From: Takakia lepidozioides
Lineage: Eukaryota; Plantae; Bryophyta
Assembly (NCBI GenBank): GCA_030704615.1
Contig: CM060733.1
Span: forward strand, 11,656,001 to 11,720,000
Length of the DNA stretch: 64,000 bases
Direction: 5' to 3'
Shown here: one piece after another, positions 12,248-24,699 of the stretch
How positions within the stretch are numbered: position 1 is the first letter of the stretch
Layout: every line of letters starts with the position of its first letter
Position numbers and translations under genes: made by a program
Notes under the pieces: generated by a model
Databases searched by the model: none
The model's input: the letters and a program-made list of their open reading frames with translations, nothing else
Told to the model about the DNA's origin: nothing

Positions 12248-15200
12248 ATGGCTCCTCCTCTAGTCAGCACCCACGTTGACCAAGTACTAGGCCTTCAAGA
12301 CTTTTTCAAGCCAGAGGTATATCATATATTTCAGGTTTCCACACAAAAATTTGAATTGCATGTTTACAGTCTCCACATATGTACATTGTATCAAGATACT
12401 TCAATCTATTGGACTTGAACTGCCCAGCTGAAATTAAGTTCGAGTGAAGCACAGATCTAGTAGAACTACCTGAAAGCAGATGCCTTTGAGAAATTCATGC
12501 TATCCTGAAGACATCAATATGCCTGTTGTGATATCTAGAGGAACACACAGAAATTCAATCTAAATCTGCACCTTGGCTGTTCAGGATTGCTTGCAGGATG
12601 AGCTGGATATGTGTGTAGAGCTACATTTGGTTTTCTTACTTTGAACATGATAACAACAAACTTACGGACCTACACAACCTTACTAAAGACTCTTCTAGAT
12701 CACTGGACAATCCCACTGGTCTACTGGACAATGCCCGCTGAGGTGAATTCAAATTATCAAGATTGGAGTAACTGATTAGATCTGACCATGGCTCTTGAAT
12801 CAAGCATTCCATGATCAATTAAGTGGACAGCTGCAAATTACTGAATCTGCTAACTTGCATAGTGACATAATAAAGCTCGAGCTCTGATCAGTCCAGAAAC
12901 CTTGGAGGGGCCTCAACTATTCAGAGAAATGATCTTATATGGATGTCTTGGCTCAGATATGGAGGGCAGCAGCAATGGAATTTGCGGCCACTTTGACCCT
13001 AATGTTTATGAGCATCTCTGCCACAATTTCAATCCTGGAGCAGGGCTATTCCAGTCCCATCATAGCACTTGCAATAATACAAGGCGCCATTCTGTCTTTC
13101 TGTATTCTGGGGGCTGCCCCTGCATCTGGCGGACATCTCAACCCGTTAATCACAGTTGCAACTATGCTGACAGGGTACAGCAGCCCAGTACAAACCATAC
13201 TATACGTCACATGCCAAGCACTCGGCTCTATTTGCGCCAGCTTTGTTGTTAAGGTCAGTATCCAAGCACCCTCTTGAGATTATTAACTTTTCCTTTGAAC
13301 ACAGGAGAGAGAAAGGAGGTCCAATTATCAGTCTTAACTCTCAATTAAGTTTTGCGCCTCAGCATGGGCTCCTTGGCTGTTACATTTCCTTCATAAGGGA
13401 ACAAGGGCCCATTTGTGGGTTTTCAACTGGATTTTATCTGGCAGGGTATACATGAACCTAACAAATCTTTATTCCCTCGTGCTCACAGTCAAGGACAACC
13501 AGATTGAGGCATTAAATTGGAGATTAGTACATGACACTAATCTCAAATGCTGCCAATGTATATGTCATCTGACCTTACACAGTCATAACACGGGGTGTGA
13601 ACTGACAGTATACCATAGTGTGAGAAACGGACATCTTGCGAGAGCCTGTACAGTAATGGGCCAGTCACATTCCACAAGTCAGATCGAGGATAGGCCCACA
13701 TAGAGAGTTCAATAATTATATGAGGGGATGCCAGGCCTAATGCGACATGAAATTGTAAGGAATCTCACCGCTTAGTCCAGAGGGAGAAAATGTTGAGAGA
13801 AGAATCTTTTGAGACGGAGAGAGAAATAGTGGAAATCGAGGGTTGGAGATTCTAGAGAGAGAGAAGTCAGGAAGGCGCAGTACTTGTGGAAGAAGAGCTG
13901 GTCGTAACAAATAGCGATTTAACAACTCAAGAGAGCTGCAAGAGGCAGATGAGCAATTTACTAATCGGATAACATAACTCCTTGGAGAGTACACATGTTG
14001 GTCACATACGGGTTATAGAAGGCGCCTAGGAGTTTGCGCCTAGGTAGTTTTCAAGATGGAGATAGCATATACCAGATTTACTTCTACTGATACACAAGCT
14101 ACAATAGAGGATGGGTTCCGACCTCTTGTCGTGTAATCAGCCTTGTCCAGATGACACACATACTGTGGAAGCTGCAAACATGTCCGCTTGCAACTTCCAC
14201 TGCATTGAGGATTGTTCACCAGTTAGACAGCCTTTTCTCAGATTCCAGCACCCTAATCAGTTGGCCAACTTTCTAGACAGATGTACGCTGTCTATGACTA
14301 AATCGTTTATATGGACATAGAGATGCGACTGAATATCACTTGACAGTCAACGCCAGGCATGAAAAGTTGTTGCAACTGGGCGTACCTTTCTTTGGACCCT
14401 ACACTTTGAAAGACATTCTGCTGTTCAAGTCATGCCCAAAAATCACGTTTCAAACAAGAATTTCCAGCCACAGGCAACGTGATTGAGGCATGCTACTCGC
14501 TTAGAGCCTTGCTAGTGGATGAGCTACAACTGTTCACAGCGTACACATGAATTCAGAGAGCAGGTATGTCAGAAAAAATACCTCAACCGAACTCGACCAG
14601 TCGAGAGGGTCCCTTAGAAAGAAAACGGAACAATCATATCAAAACCTTCCAGATACCCTAGAACTCCACAAATCCGAATCCAAATCCAGCATCACAGATC
14701 AGTCAATGCGTAGAAGCAGGAGCCCAGATAGCCCTAGTGGCGCTTGATATGATACGACCCGAAACCCTACTCCCACCCACCCCACCTTCAATATGTTTTT
14801 CAAGAGAAACAAAATCCAACATTCAATCTCCAACCAAACTCTCTCTTTGTCCTCTCTTTCTTCCTCTCTTCAAAAGAATGTGACACATTCTAAAGTGGGG
14901 CATAGATTGAAACAATCCGTGCAGACAATGGTGGGGATCGAAATAGCTCAACAGTACAACCTCGGAGGCTGCGTGCTGCGGAAGACGCCATCGACGGGGT
15001 TGGCCAACGGGCCGGGTTTCCTCGCAGAAATCGGCTTCTCCTTCGTCGTCCTCTTCATCGTCTTCGGCGTCGCCGTGGACCCCAAGCTGAAGCTGGTGCC
15101 CGGCATTCCTTCGCTACCCTTCATCGTCGGGGCCGCCGTCGGAATGTGCATCTACGTCTCGGCCGGCCTTTTGCCGGGCTACCTTGGCGCCGGGCTGAAC

Positions 15201-15434
15201 CCCGGGCGGTGCATCGGCCCGGCCGTAGCCCTGGGGGGCAGCCTGTGGCACGGCCACTGGGTGTTCTGGGCTGGACCCTTCACCGCGGCCCTCGCCTTTG
15301 CGTGTGTCTTCCACCTAGTCCCGCCCAACCATGTGGAGCTCTACCGCGATAAGCGGGACATGATAAGCGGTGCCCGCCGCTTTATCACGAGCAGCTCCAG
15401 TCTCAAGGTTGACAGCTGCGGAAATGGACTATGA
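12248..15434 (+). CDS. XIP: Aquaporin, XIP subfamily, ~291 aa; join(12248..12316,12957..13253,14925..15434)
   Basis: In-phase GT-AG introns. VLGLQDFFKPE|IWRAAAMEF; SGGHLNPL; loop C LGGC; GAGLNPGRC (NPxRC and LGGC cysteines are diagnostic of XIPs); HWVFWAGP. Confidence 0.92.
13619..14004. mobile_element. Possible solo LTR in XIP intron 2
   Basis: TG...CA ends flanked by CATAG/CATAC (4/5 TSD-like match), with a GA-rich interior. Confidence 0.35.
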
Positions 15435-16829
15435 TGGAATTCTGTCACACTCTCTTTTCCATCCATCCAATACGAAAATGAAAGGGAGTAGCCCTTGGAA
15501 CACCATAAGTTACGTTTGCTTCGGCAGGGTTAACTTTCAATAGCAAAGGACGGCTGACACGGGTATTTGTATAGTATGACTAACATAGGAACATTCTCAT
15601 GTACGTACAAAATTTTCAAAAACAAATTCTTTGTATTTCGAGTGCTTATTTCGTGGAGAATAGTGCCACGTTGTTAGAGTTGCTTACGGAGTGTAAGCAC
15701 CTTGTGTTAATGGCACAAAGTGACACTCTGAAAGGCTCCTCATTAGCATGACAAAGCACTTTTCTTTTGAAAATTCTTTAAGTTGGGAAAGCAACCCACA
15801 CGCATTGCTTCACTGGTTCTCCCCTCTCGGGCTCCGCCCTCGTGGCAAGGGGTTCAAACCTGTGAAGCACCTCGCGTAGGTTACTTACCCTACACAATAT
15901 TTGATCTGAAATTCCAGGGATAGACTTTCGGGTTCAGTTCAATCTAAGAGACATGGGACAAAGATGGTGACATGACACATGATATCCTACGTTGTTGTCA
16001 GATTTGACACAAATTAAATATATTTTGGGTTGTTGAAATTTTTGAATTAACTCAAGTGATATGTCTAAAAATCCAGAAATATTACATACTTGTCGAAAAA
16101 TAAGAAAATTTGGAAAATCTCAAAAAATCTACTAAAGGACAGAATACATACTTGTGCTATATACTACTCTGGACACTGCCCAAATGTGTGTCATAGCATG
16201 GCTACCCTCGAAAAGGGCAAAAACGTCTATGTTGACATCATGACGTTTTGGGGTTGATCCTCTACCTCATTCCTACCCCATATGTGGCTGAGAAGGTCCA
16301 CCCTGCAGCCAAAATATTCTATTGTCTTGCATCATTGCATTGAGATACTAAATGCCTTCCTAGTTACACAACCATATGTAGAGAGAAGACACAAAAGAGA
16401 CCGCCATGACAAATCAGCCTGTAAATGGACACTTTGTTTTGTAAATGCACAGATGGGTGGACCAAAAATTGCGTAATATGCAATTTCTGCAGTGACCTCC
16501 TTCCATGGTTTTACTCATATTTGTCCAACATCTCAATATTTCATCTAAATTTATATGTGATAGGGTTTCTAACTACAATAGGTATGTGTACCAACTCTTA
16601 GATTGCAAAAATAATCATGAACCAGAGAGCTATGGACTTTTAAAGTTGATTATTGTGGACTGCAGATGTTACACATAAAACCTTATGGACTAAAAAAACA
16701 TCATCTACACTCATATAATGGCACAACGGAAAACATATTAGGGGTGTCATTTCTAACCAACCCAAATCCACTTTTATATGGACAAGTTACCCTAGATATT
16801 GAAAGCTATGGACTATTTTATACCTTAAG

Positions 16830-18245
16830 AACAAATTGTCCATAGCATACTATGTTTTGGGTTTTTTGCAGCTGGCCAATTTTTGATCACCATAACCATT
16901 CGATCAAGATTCTCAAGTTGCAAACGACATCGTTTGAGTGCTGTCAAAACCCCAACAATGCTAAAAATTCTTTCAGTCTCAATTTGAGAACCTGGGATGC
17001 CAATGATTTCTTTTTCCAAGAACCCAACATTTGGAAATTGGTTTTCATGGTCTCTCCACCATGCTAGAGGATCGATGCACGCATTGGGCTGAATTGACAA
17101 GCATAGTTCAATTCCCCTTTCACAAGCACTTTTGAGGACTCCTCATCTATTTGCCTGTGAACCAAACATCATGTTGTCTTCATCGACATCAACATGAGCC
17201 ATCTCTGCCCCAGATGAGCCTTGTGCCATCGATGAAGTTGTTGCAGGGTTTAATAATGCAAAACAAACCATTGATAAAGGAACAACAATGTTCACATCAT
17301 ACTGAGAGACTAATGCAATAGTAGAACCTCGACCAGCATACTCAATTACACACCTCAAATTCTTGAAGCGGGGTTCTAACATGATAGCAAGCATATTGTG
17401 AGATTGCTTGTTATCAAATAGCACAAGAAATCTGATAAACGGCTCAAGTACAGAAATTACTTGTTGTCGCATTCTGCTATGAAGAATAAGACCCTGGCTA
17501 CTCCCATGTACATGTACCTCCCACCCATGCACTTGCCCTGCTCGACTATGTCCAGATATCCTACTAGTGCAAGGATTACCCACAACGGCCTCACCCCCTA
17601 TCACGCCATCTACGTCATTTATCATCCACTTCATCGAATTCACATTCTGCCATGACCGATACCCACAAGACTCCATACTAGAGAAACGACAAAAATATGC
17701 CCCACTCATCCTAGCCATTCGCCGCCAAGGATGGCGCATTGGTCCACTAACCGTCATCACGGCTGGCACTAGGGGCGGCATCCACAATGCCAGTATTAAC
17801 GACTTGCACAATAATTTCCATATTCCTATCTCCCCGATCCACAAATGCTTCCAATTTACCTCACAGCTCTCCGCTCCCTCACCGCCAATATCACCAACAA
17901 ACGGAAACTTGAATCCAACCTAGCTGCACCGCCCTAGACCCCAGGGGCACCCCCCTTGGGGGGAGGACGCCCCCCCCCCGGGATTCATAGTCAAGCCCGA
18001 GCCCCCACACCTCTGGTTACGAGGTGCCCAACCGGGCACCCGCTTTACCATAGGGCCCACCCCGACAGGGGGCAATAGCCGCATGACGAAGTGGCTCTTA
18101 GTTACGCCGGCTTTGGCCGGAGTATTATCTTTATCTCAAAATAAGAAGCTCTGCCTCAAACACATCTGGAGGCTTAATCTCATCCTCAACTCGAACAATC
18201 TCAGCTCGCATGTTCACACACATAGTCATAGCCATAGTGATTTGC
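16830..18245 (-). mobile_element. hAT transposase C-terminal half (pseudogene), interrupted by a LINE
   Basis: ITMAMTMCVNMR...EAELLI|LHSRMRQQV...HNMLAIMLEPRFK, then the hATC dimerisation domain DPLAWWRDHENQFPNV...IPGSQIETERIFS...LENLDRMVMVIKNWP. Confidence 0.85.
17492..18139 (+). mobile_element. 5'-truncated non-LTR retrotransposon with restriction-like endonuclease (RLE; Dualen/R2-group-like)
   Basis: PDILLV...HFIEFTFC...EKRQKYAPL...GW...AGTRG is a PD-(D/E)xK RLE motif. The GC-rich 3' UTR ends in a TTATCT-type tail. AATAAGA TSD at 17485-17491 and 18140-18146; removing the insert restores the hAT frame. Confidence 0.8.
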
Positions 18246-18599
18246 AGAAGGTACCACTTGAATGTTTTTCACAACAATTGTTTGAATATTTTGGAGAAGT
18301 TGAGCTGCAACTTGAGGATCGACAACCTAGAGAGTTTGGTTGCAGCGTGTCAAATTATTCAAGCTATTGCAGAGGTTTGAAGTTATAGAAGTGGTTCCAG
18401 ATGATCCAAAGATGGACGACTTATCTTTATGCTTATCTTTATCTTTATACTTATCTTTGTAAAAGACAGCCTCGCCATCTAGACTCCACAAGAATGCATC
18501 CAGCTTGTCATCATCGTCTGCACTAGTAGACACAAATTGATCTCTCGCTGGAGAATGACCCATCAAGGGTTCCATGGGAATTTGATCACATAAATGGGC

Positions 18600-19465
18600 A
18601 GAAACGAACAATGTTGTACCAATAGTACACACATTAGTTTTTGACAAATCTCTTTCAAGAAGGCAGCTGGTTGAGATTTCGTATCAGATTGCACATCACT
18701 ACTTGGAGAATGGTTCTCTTCAATAGCTTTACGGTAATTTTCTTTTTCTGAATCAAGAGCCTCCACGTAAGTCAACGGTCTTCCGTTCACCGTTTCACCA
18801 GCTATTATCCACTATATGGCATGATCCCGAAGTGTTTTATCCATATGATATCTACACATCCGAAGCCACATATTATGAATCAGATGCAAAGAAATAATAC
18901 TAGTTAGTTACAAGAAAACTAGAAATAACTTACTTCCCATAGGCCTTGGCACTATTCTCTGATCTCCATCCAATGCTCTTGCAGAACTAGTATTTTTTTT
19001 CTAGATGCGTGTTACCAAGGCCTCATCTCCCAACCCGTTGAGGCAAATCCCGGGTCATCTTAGAAGTGTATGAGCACAGTAGTCTTACCTACATGTACCT
19101 TTGTAAACCACACATAATCTGTAAATCACCATTTTTCTGCTTTGGTGTGAGAGACATGGGATGGGGCCGGGCCCAGACTCATCAATATTCGATGTAGGGT
19201 GCTTCTTCATTAAGAAATAAACGTTAACTACCTCCTTCAGGTGGTAATCCCTTGTGATCTTCAGGCCAACATTGGTTCACATTCAGATGTAGTTCTTCGA
19301 CATACTTTGGGAAAACCTACAAAATACATGTACAGCTTAGTCAACATTCTAAGATTGAACATGAATTAATAAATTATCAAAAAATAGGAAGATCTGTATC
19401 TTACCGCAAAACATGACCAAGCCTCGTGTGTATAATGCTATCATCTTGATCTACTCTTCGCAACT
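18600..19465 (-). repeat. Dispersed repeat (degraded spliced TE gene), inverted copy of 22283-23197
   Basis: Shared peptide remnants DKTLRDHAIQWII.GE.V.GRPLTY.EALDS in opposite orientations; the nucleotide similarity is visible by eye. Confidence 0.75.
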
Positions 19466-20047
19466 TTGTTGAAGAATGAGGAAATGCCAAGTGCATTAGT
19501 AGGCGAACAAGTAGTTTAGACCATAGGGACTGTATAGTTGGCACATCGGCTGACTTAACATCAATCTCTCCTCTATTTTAGTCACGATGTCACTTTTCTT
19601 GGTGGATCTTCCCGAGGAAGCACTGCATGACCAATGGACTGTCTCATCAGCGGCAACCTTTACTTTTGCATAGCGTACATATGCCAGTTTGTTAAATTTC
19701 ACCGGAGGAGATATATTGGTCTTAATTATTCTTTGTTCTTGTCCGGCTTTGATCACACGTCCAAGAGCCATCACCATTGAAGTAGAAGGAGGGCCCACGC
19801 TCCTACTGCTATGCTGGCCTAGGCGTACAGGTGTCCACCTATCTTATGCAGTGATTAAAAAAAAACCCTTGCTTGCACTCCTACCTACCAGCCCATTGGC
19901 CACTCCAACCACCTTACACTACATGTGTCTACCTCCCATCGACCCACTTCCTTCCTCTCCAAGCCTCCCGCGACCCCACGCTATTGGTTGTTCCCACAGC
20001 GTCCGGTCCTTCTGATCTTCCCAAACTCCCCAAATCAGTTGGGGTAC

Positions 20048-21127
20048 ATAGTTATGGCGACCTTTTGACGATTTGTTGTGAATCATGAACCCTTTATCAC
20101 AAACTTTGCATGTGTTGCGTACTCACCGGAACGATTCAATTCCAAAGGCCCACATTTCTCTTCGGTAGGGCCCAATGCATTGACTTTGGACATTTGATGG
20201 AGTGACAGAAGCCCTCTGAATCTGGAATGATCTACTTCACTTCCGAACATGGGTTTGTTTTGGTCAATTTTTGGCGTCCCATTTGCACCTGCTTCACAAA
20301 AGTTTATTTTACACTTGCACTTGTCACATTCGAATCGCATGTGAGGAAGCATGGAAAAAGTGAAAAACGAGTCTGGTCACACTCTTGTTTTCTATGCAAT
20401 TGATATCTATTTTCACCCTGCTTGTACTCAGGGTGACCCCTTGCCCAAGTCTGTGCTTCCAATCCTTGCCGGTACCGGAATGTCCATTGCTTGTTAGCCG
20501 GTCACTTTGCGGGCTGAAATTTCCCAACACATGTATAACATGCACCATGACAGGATGCTACATGCAATTGTATGTATGTGTGGACAAATGTATGTAGAGA
20601 TGGTCCATATCCTTTCATATTGCCATGTGAATAACATCTGACATGATGGTACTGATCACTGTACCATCCACAAACTTTTTACTGAATTTTCTATTTATCA
20701 TCTTTGATTTATATTATTATCTATTAGATATAGGAGAATATTATGAAACAAGTTTGTTATCTTTGTCTATGTGATTTTTTGGTAAGATATTCTTGCTCTC
20801 ATTTGCACTCTAATGTCGACCTTCACTTAAACATTTGAGAAATGAATTGGTCTTTCTTTTGGGGGTTGGTATCTCGTGAGCACAATCCACGGGTTATAGG
20901 GGGTAATATGTTTGAAATGGAAATACAAGTCATAGGCAGACATGGGGTACTGCCATGCTAATAGGGTCAGTTACATGGTCTATGAGTCTAATTTAGTTAA
21001 AACCCTCTAGATATATAATAAAACAGAAATATTTAATAGTGAAATACTACTTTCAATGATAAATCAACAGCAATATTATTAGCAAAATGTGAGACATACT
21101 CAAGTTTGGACAATTTCGTTGACGAAG
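20048..21127 (-). repeat. ~1.1-kb dispersed repeat, inverted copy of 32743-33812
   Basis: Colinear reverse-complement similarity along the whole length (e.g. TTCCAAAGGCCCACATTTCTCTTCGG, CAAGTTTGGACA). Confidence 0.85.
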
Positions 21128-21476
21128 CAAACTAACCCAAAATAAAAATTAAAAATAACAAAGGAAGTTTGCTAGCAAAACTCTTGTGTACTCACCACAT
21201 GGCTATGTTGGGGTTTTATTTTTTCCCCTTATTTATAAATCTTGGGTTTTCAACAAATAATTGACAATATTATTTTATATCAAATAGATAATATATGTAT
21301 TGGGCTAGCTGAAAGCAAGCACTGGAAAAAAGAACTTGCATGGAAAATTCAGGAAAATAGAGGCCAAATAGCATACATCATACCATCATATCAATGTCTA
21401 TGATGCGGATATGCCACAAAAGAATATGGACCATTGTCATAAGATCCGTCTCTATGTGTAAATCCATATACCCCTA

Positions 21477-21657
21477 CCTCTAACTGTCCTATTCATAACC
21501 GTCTAAATTTGAAGAATTTTGTAGAATAGATAACCGGTGGATATACTAAAATAAAAAAATTATCCTTATACATAACCATGGAGTGTGTCCATCCCAAAAA
21601 ATATTGAAGTAACCTTAACCGGCGGATATGTAAAATTCTTATAACCGGCCAACACTA
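21477..21657 (+). mobile_element. Right (3') end of hAT element, followed by 8-bp TSD GTTAAAAC
   Basis: Ends ...TAACCGGCCAACACTA, the reverse complement of the left TIR at 24700. Near-identical to 374-551. Confidence 0.75.
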
Positions 21658-22282
21658 GTTAAAACCCACAACCCCTAGAGAAGCTTAGCCCTTACCACTA
21701 GGCAGGCGAAGATATTGGAGATATGTAACAAACAATTGAGCACGGTGTGTGCACTAACAAGAGAACTTTGGTTCAAGCCAGATATGAGACCTTCACATCA
21801 AAGCTATGGTGGTCGCTGAATTCCAAGCGCTCCACATGCAATGCACCTGCCTGCAACCCGCACACATTCAAATCAAACCAGCCCAGTTGTGTGAACATAA
21901 CATTTTGTTAAAAAAAGACCAAAAACCTGGGAAGCTAGAACAAATCGGCAAAGAAGGGAACCTAGACATAGGGTACAAACAAACATGAGGATGTAGGAAT
22001 GGATTTCAGAGAGTTGATTACCCCTTTTGGAGCCCTAGTCATTTGTAGCAAGACAACCCATCAGGTCTTTTCTTGTTTCATGTTCGAAACAGTTGTGTTC
22101 TGAAGCTACCCACGGTCAGAATGGGGACTCACGAGTCTGACTGGTTGGTTTCCCCGCATGTGCTTATATGTCATCTGCATTCAAATCTGCACTTTTCCCA
22201 TATTCAAAAAGGTTGTCCGCCTTTTATGTGTATGCAAGTTTTAGGGTTTCAATTTTCTATGTACATCATTCAGGCTTCCGCG

Positions 22283-23197
22283 GAGTTGCGAAAAGTAGAT
22301 GAAGATGATTTTAGCATTGTACACACGAGGCTTGGGCCATGTTTTGCGGTAAGATACAGATCTTACTATGTTCTTTAATTTATTAGATCATGTTCAATCT
22401 TTGAATGTCTACTAAGTTGTACATGTATTTTGTAGGTTTTCCCAGGGTATGTCTAAGAACTACAATCTAAATGTGAACCATGTCGACCCGAAGATCACAA
22501 GGTACTAGTGGACTGCCACCTCATAAACATTTATAATTTCTTAATGATGAAGAAGCGCCCTACATGGAATGTTGATGAATCTAGGCCCATCCCATGTTTC
22601 TCACACCAAAGCAGAAAATGATGATTTAGAGATAATGTGTGGTTTATAAACATACATGTACGTAAGAGTTCATTGTGCTCATACACTTCTAAGATTACCA
22701 TGGATTTGCCTCAACGGGCTGGGAAAGTGTTTTCTAACAAGACAAGAATAGGCCTTGGTATCACGCATCTGGAAGAAGCATTAGTTCCAGAAGAGCACGG
22801 GATGGAGATCACCGGATATTGTAGTGCCAAGGCCTATGGGCATTAAGTTATTTCTAACAATCTTTTGGTTTTGTTGTAACTAGTTAGTATTTTGTTTCCG
22901 TGCATCTGAATTATAACTATACGGCTTCGGATGTGTAGATATAACCAGATAGATAAAACACTTCGAGATCATGCTATACAATGGATAATAACTGGTGAAA
23001 TGGTGAAGGGAAGACCGTTGACTTACTTGGAGGCTCTTGATTCAAAAAAAAAAAAAAAAAACCTTAAAGCTATTGAAGAGAACCATTCTGCAAGTAGTGA
23101 TGTACAATTTGATACGAAATCTTAGTCAACTGCCCTTCTTGAAAGAGATTTGTCGAAAACTAATGTGTGCACTATTGGTACAACATCGTTTGTTTCC
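22283..23197 (+). repeat. Dispersed repeat (degraded spliced TE gene), inverted copy of 18600-19465
   Basis: See partner copy; GT-AG intron remnants are retained in both. Confidence 0.75.
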
Positions 23198-23222
23198 AAT
23201 TTAATGAAAGACTAGTGTCACC

Positions 23223-24638
23223 GGTGCATGAGCAATTCTTGGTGGCCAATTTACACATAATTCAATGAATGACGTCGACCGACCATTCGTAGGGTTGCCG
23301 GAATTCTACCTGGCTGCCACCGCCAACTACCAAACATTTTGTCATGTAGGTATCATGTGGCTATTGCAAAGCCCAGATGATTATCAACATCACTTCCCGG
23401 TAGCACACATGCATGGCCCACATACTCTACATTCATAGTTACATACAAACAAAATAATGTGGACGTGTTGCCCAAGAAAGTGGAATTTATGGTATCTCTT
23501 TATCACAAAAAACTACGTCTATACCTTCCAATGCAAGGTGGGACAATCAGCGTTTATTCTTCTCATTTTTCAAAAGTAGAATTGTGTATACTACCCAGCG
23601 CCCCATGTGGCGAAAAAAATGCGGGTTGGACTAGTGACTGAGTGGGCAGCATAGTGGCAGCCTAGTGACTGACTAGTGGTAGCCTAGTGGTTGGACTAGT
23701 GGTTGGACTAGTGGTATACTAGTGTATGGTGTGCACATGTGTTGTGTGGTTTTGGACAGCGATGTAGTTGTGTAGCGATATGTATGTGCACAACAAGTGA
23801 CATACTATATGTATACTACGTCTCCGCAAGCATGATAAAAGCCATGAACTACTTTCATGCCTTTCCTCACTGCCACCAATATTTATGCCCGGGCGAACCA
23901 TACTTCTAACCCCTCCTCAGGTTCTTCTCTGACCAAAGGGTGTTCCTACCGAGGACGTGGTCCAACTCCGTTTGCAGTGGGTCGTCTTCCTCATTAGGAT
24001 GAGGCAAGCCACAATGTGAAATATGTATATACTAGACCTCAACACGGTACATGCCTTCAGGAATAACTCGACAATGATATGTGTCTTTGCCAAACGCACC
24101 AGTGACAACTCCAGTGCCGGCCTTATGTCGTGGTGATGAAGGATCATACAGGTGGACTCTGTCCTTCAACTTAAACTGCACCCAACACCCACTACAAAAT
24201 GCATTTCTAGAACGGTCGCTATATGACAAGTGGCATGTTTTAACAGATCCATAATTGCATTCATACAGATTTTCTGGCGACATCTTCTTGTGCATCGTTC
24301 TTGTTTAGGCGAAAATTTGGAAAACCATGCTTTCATTTTCCTTTAGTGAGGTAGGAGATCCAAAAAATGGGAGCCTTTTGGAAAAAATTCACCAAGGAAA
24401 AGAAAAGAAAAGAAAAGCATTGGATCATACAACATTAGAGCCGAGCACATATTGTATAGTTATTTTATATTCCAGGAAAAACCAATTTGTTATTTTCATG
24501 AATTCCCAGTGACAAAAAAAACTTGAAATCCAATATAGAACTAAAGGTCCAAAAATTATGAAACCACCTCAATGCACCCCTCGTCATCGAGGGCTCTCCA
24601 ACAATATTAAGAACCCGGGTGGAGGCCTTACGGTTTCC
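23223..24638 (+). repeat. Dispersed repeat, direct copy of 31915-32748, with an internal insertion at ~23605-24200
   Basis: 23223-23600 matches 31915-32330, and 24205-24638 matches 32355-32748. Confidence 0.75.
23620..24200 (-). mobile_element. CACTA/EnSpm Tnp1-like domain fragment plus GACTAGT minisatellite
   Basis: VHLYDPSSPRHKAGTGVV...YHCRVIPEGMYRVEV*...LPHPNEEDDPLQTELDHVLGRNTLW resembles the Tnp1/En-Spm-associated domain. GGTTGGACTAGT-like repeats lie at 23624-23725. Confidence 0.55.
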
Positions 24639-24699
24639 AACATGACACACAAACCAAACAAACAAACAACCTTGCTTAACATATTGATGTGGTTAAAAC

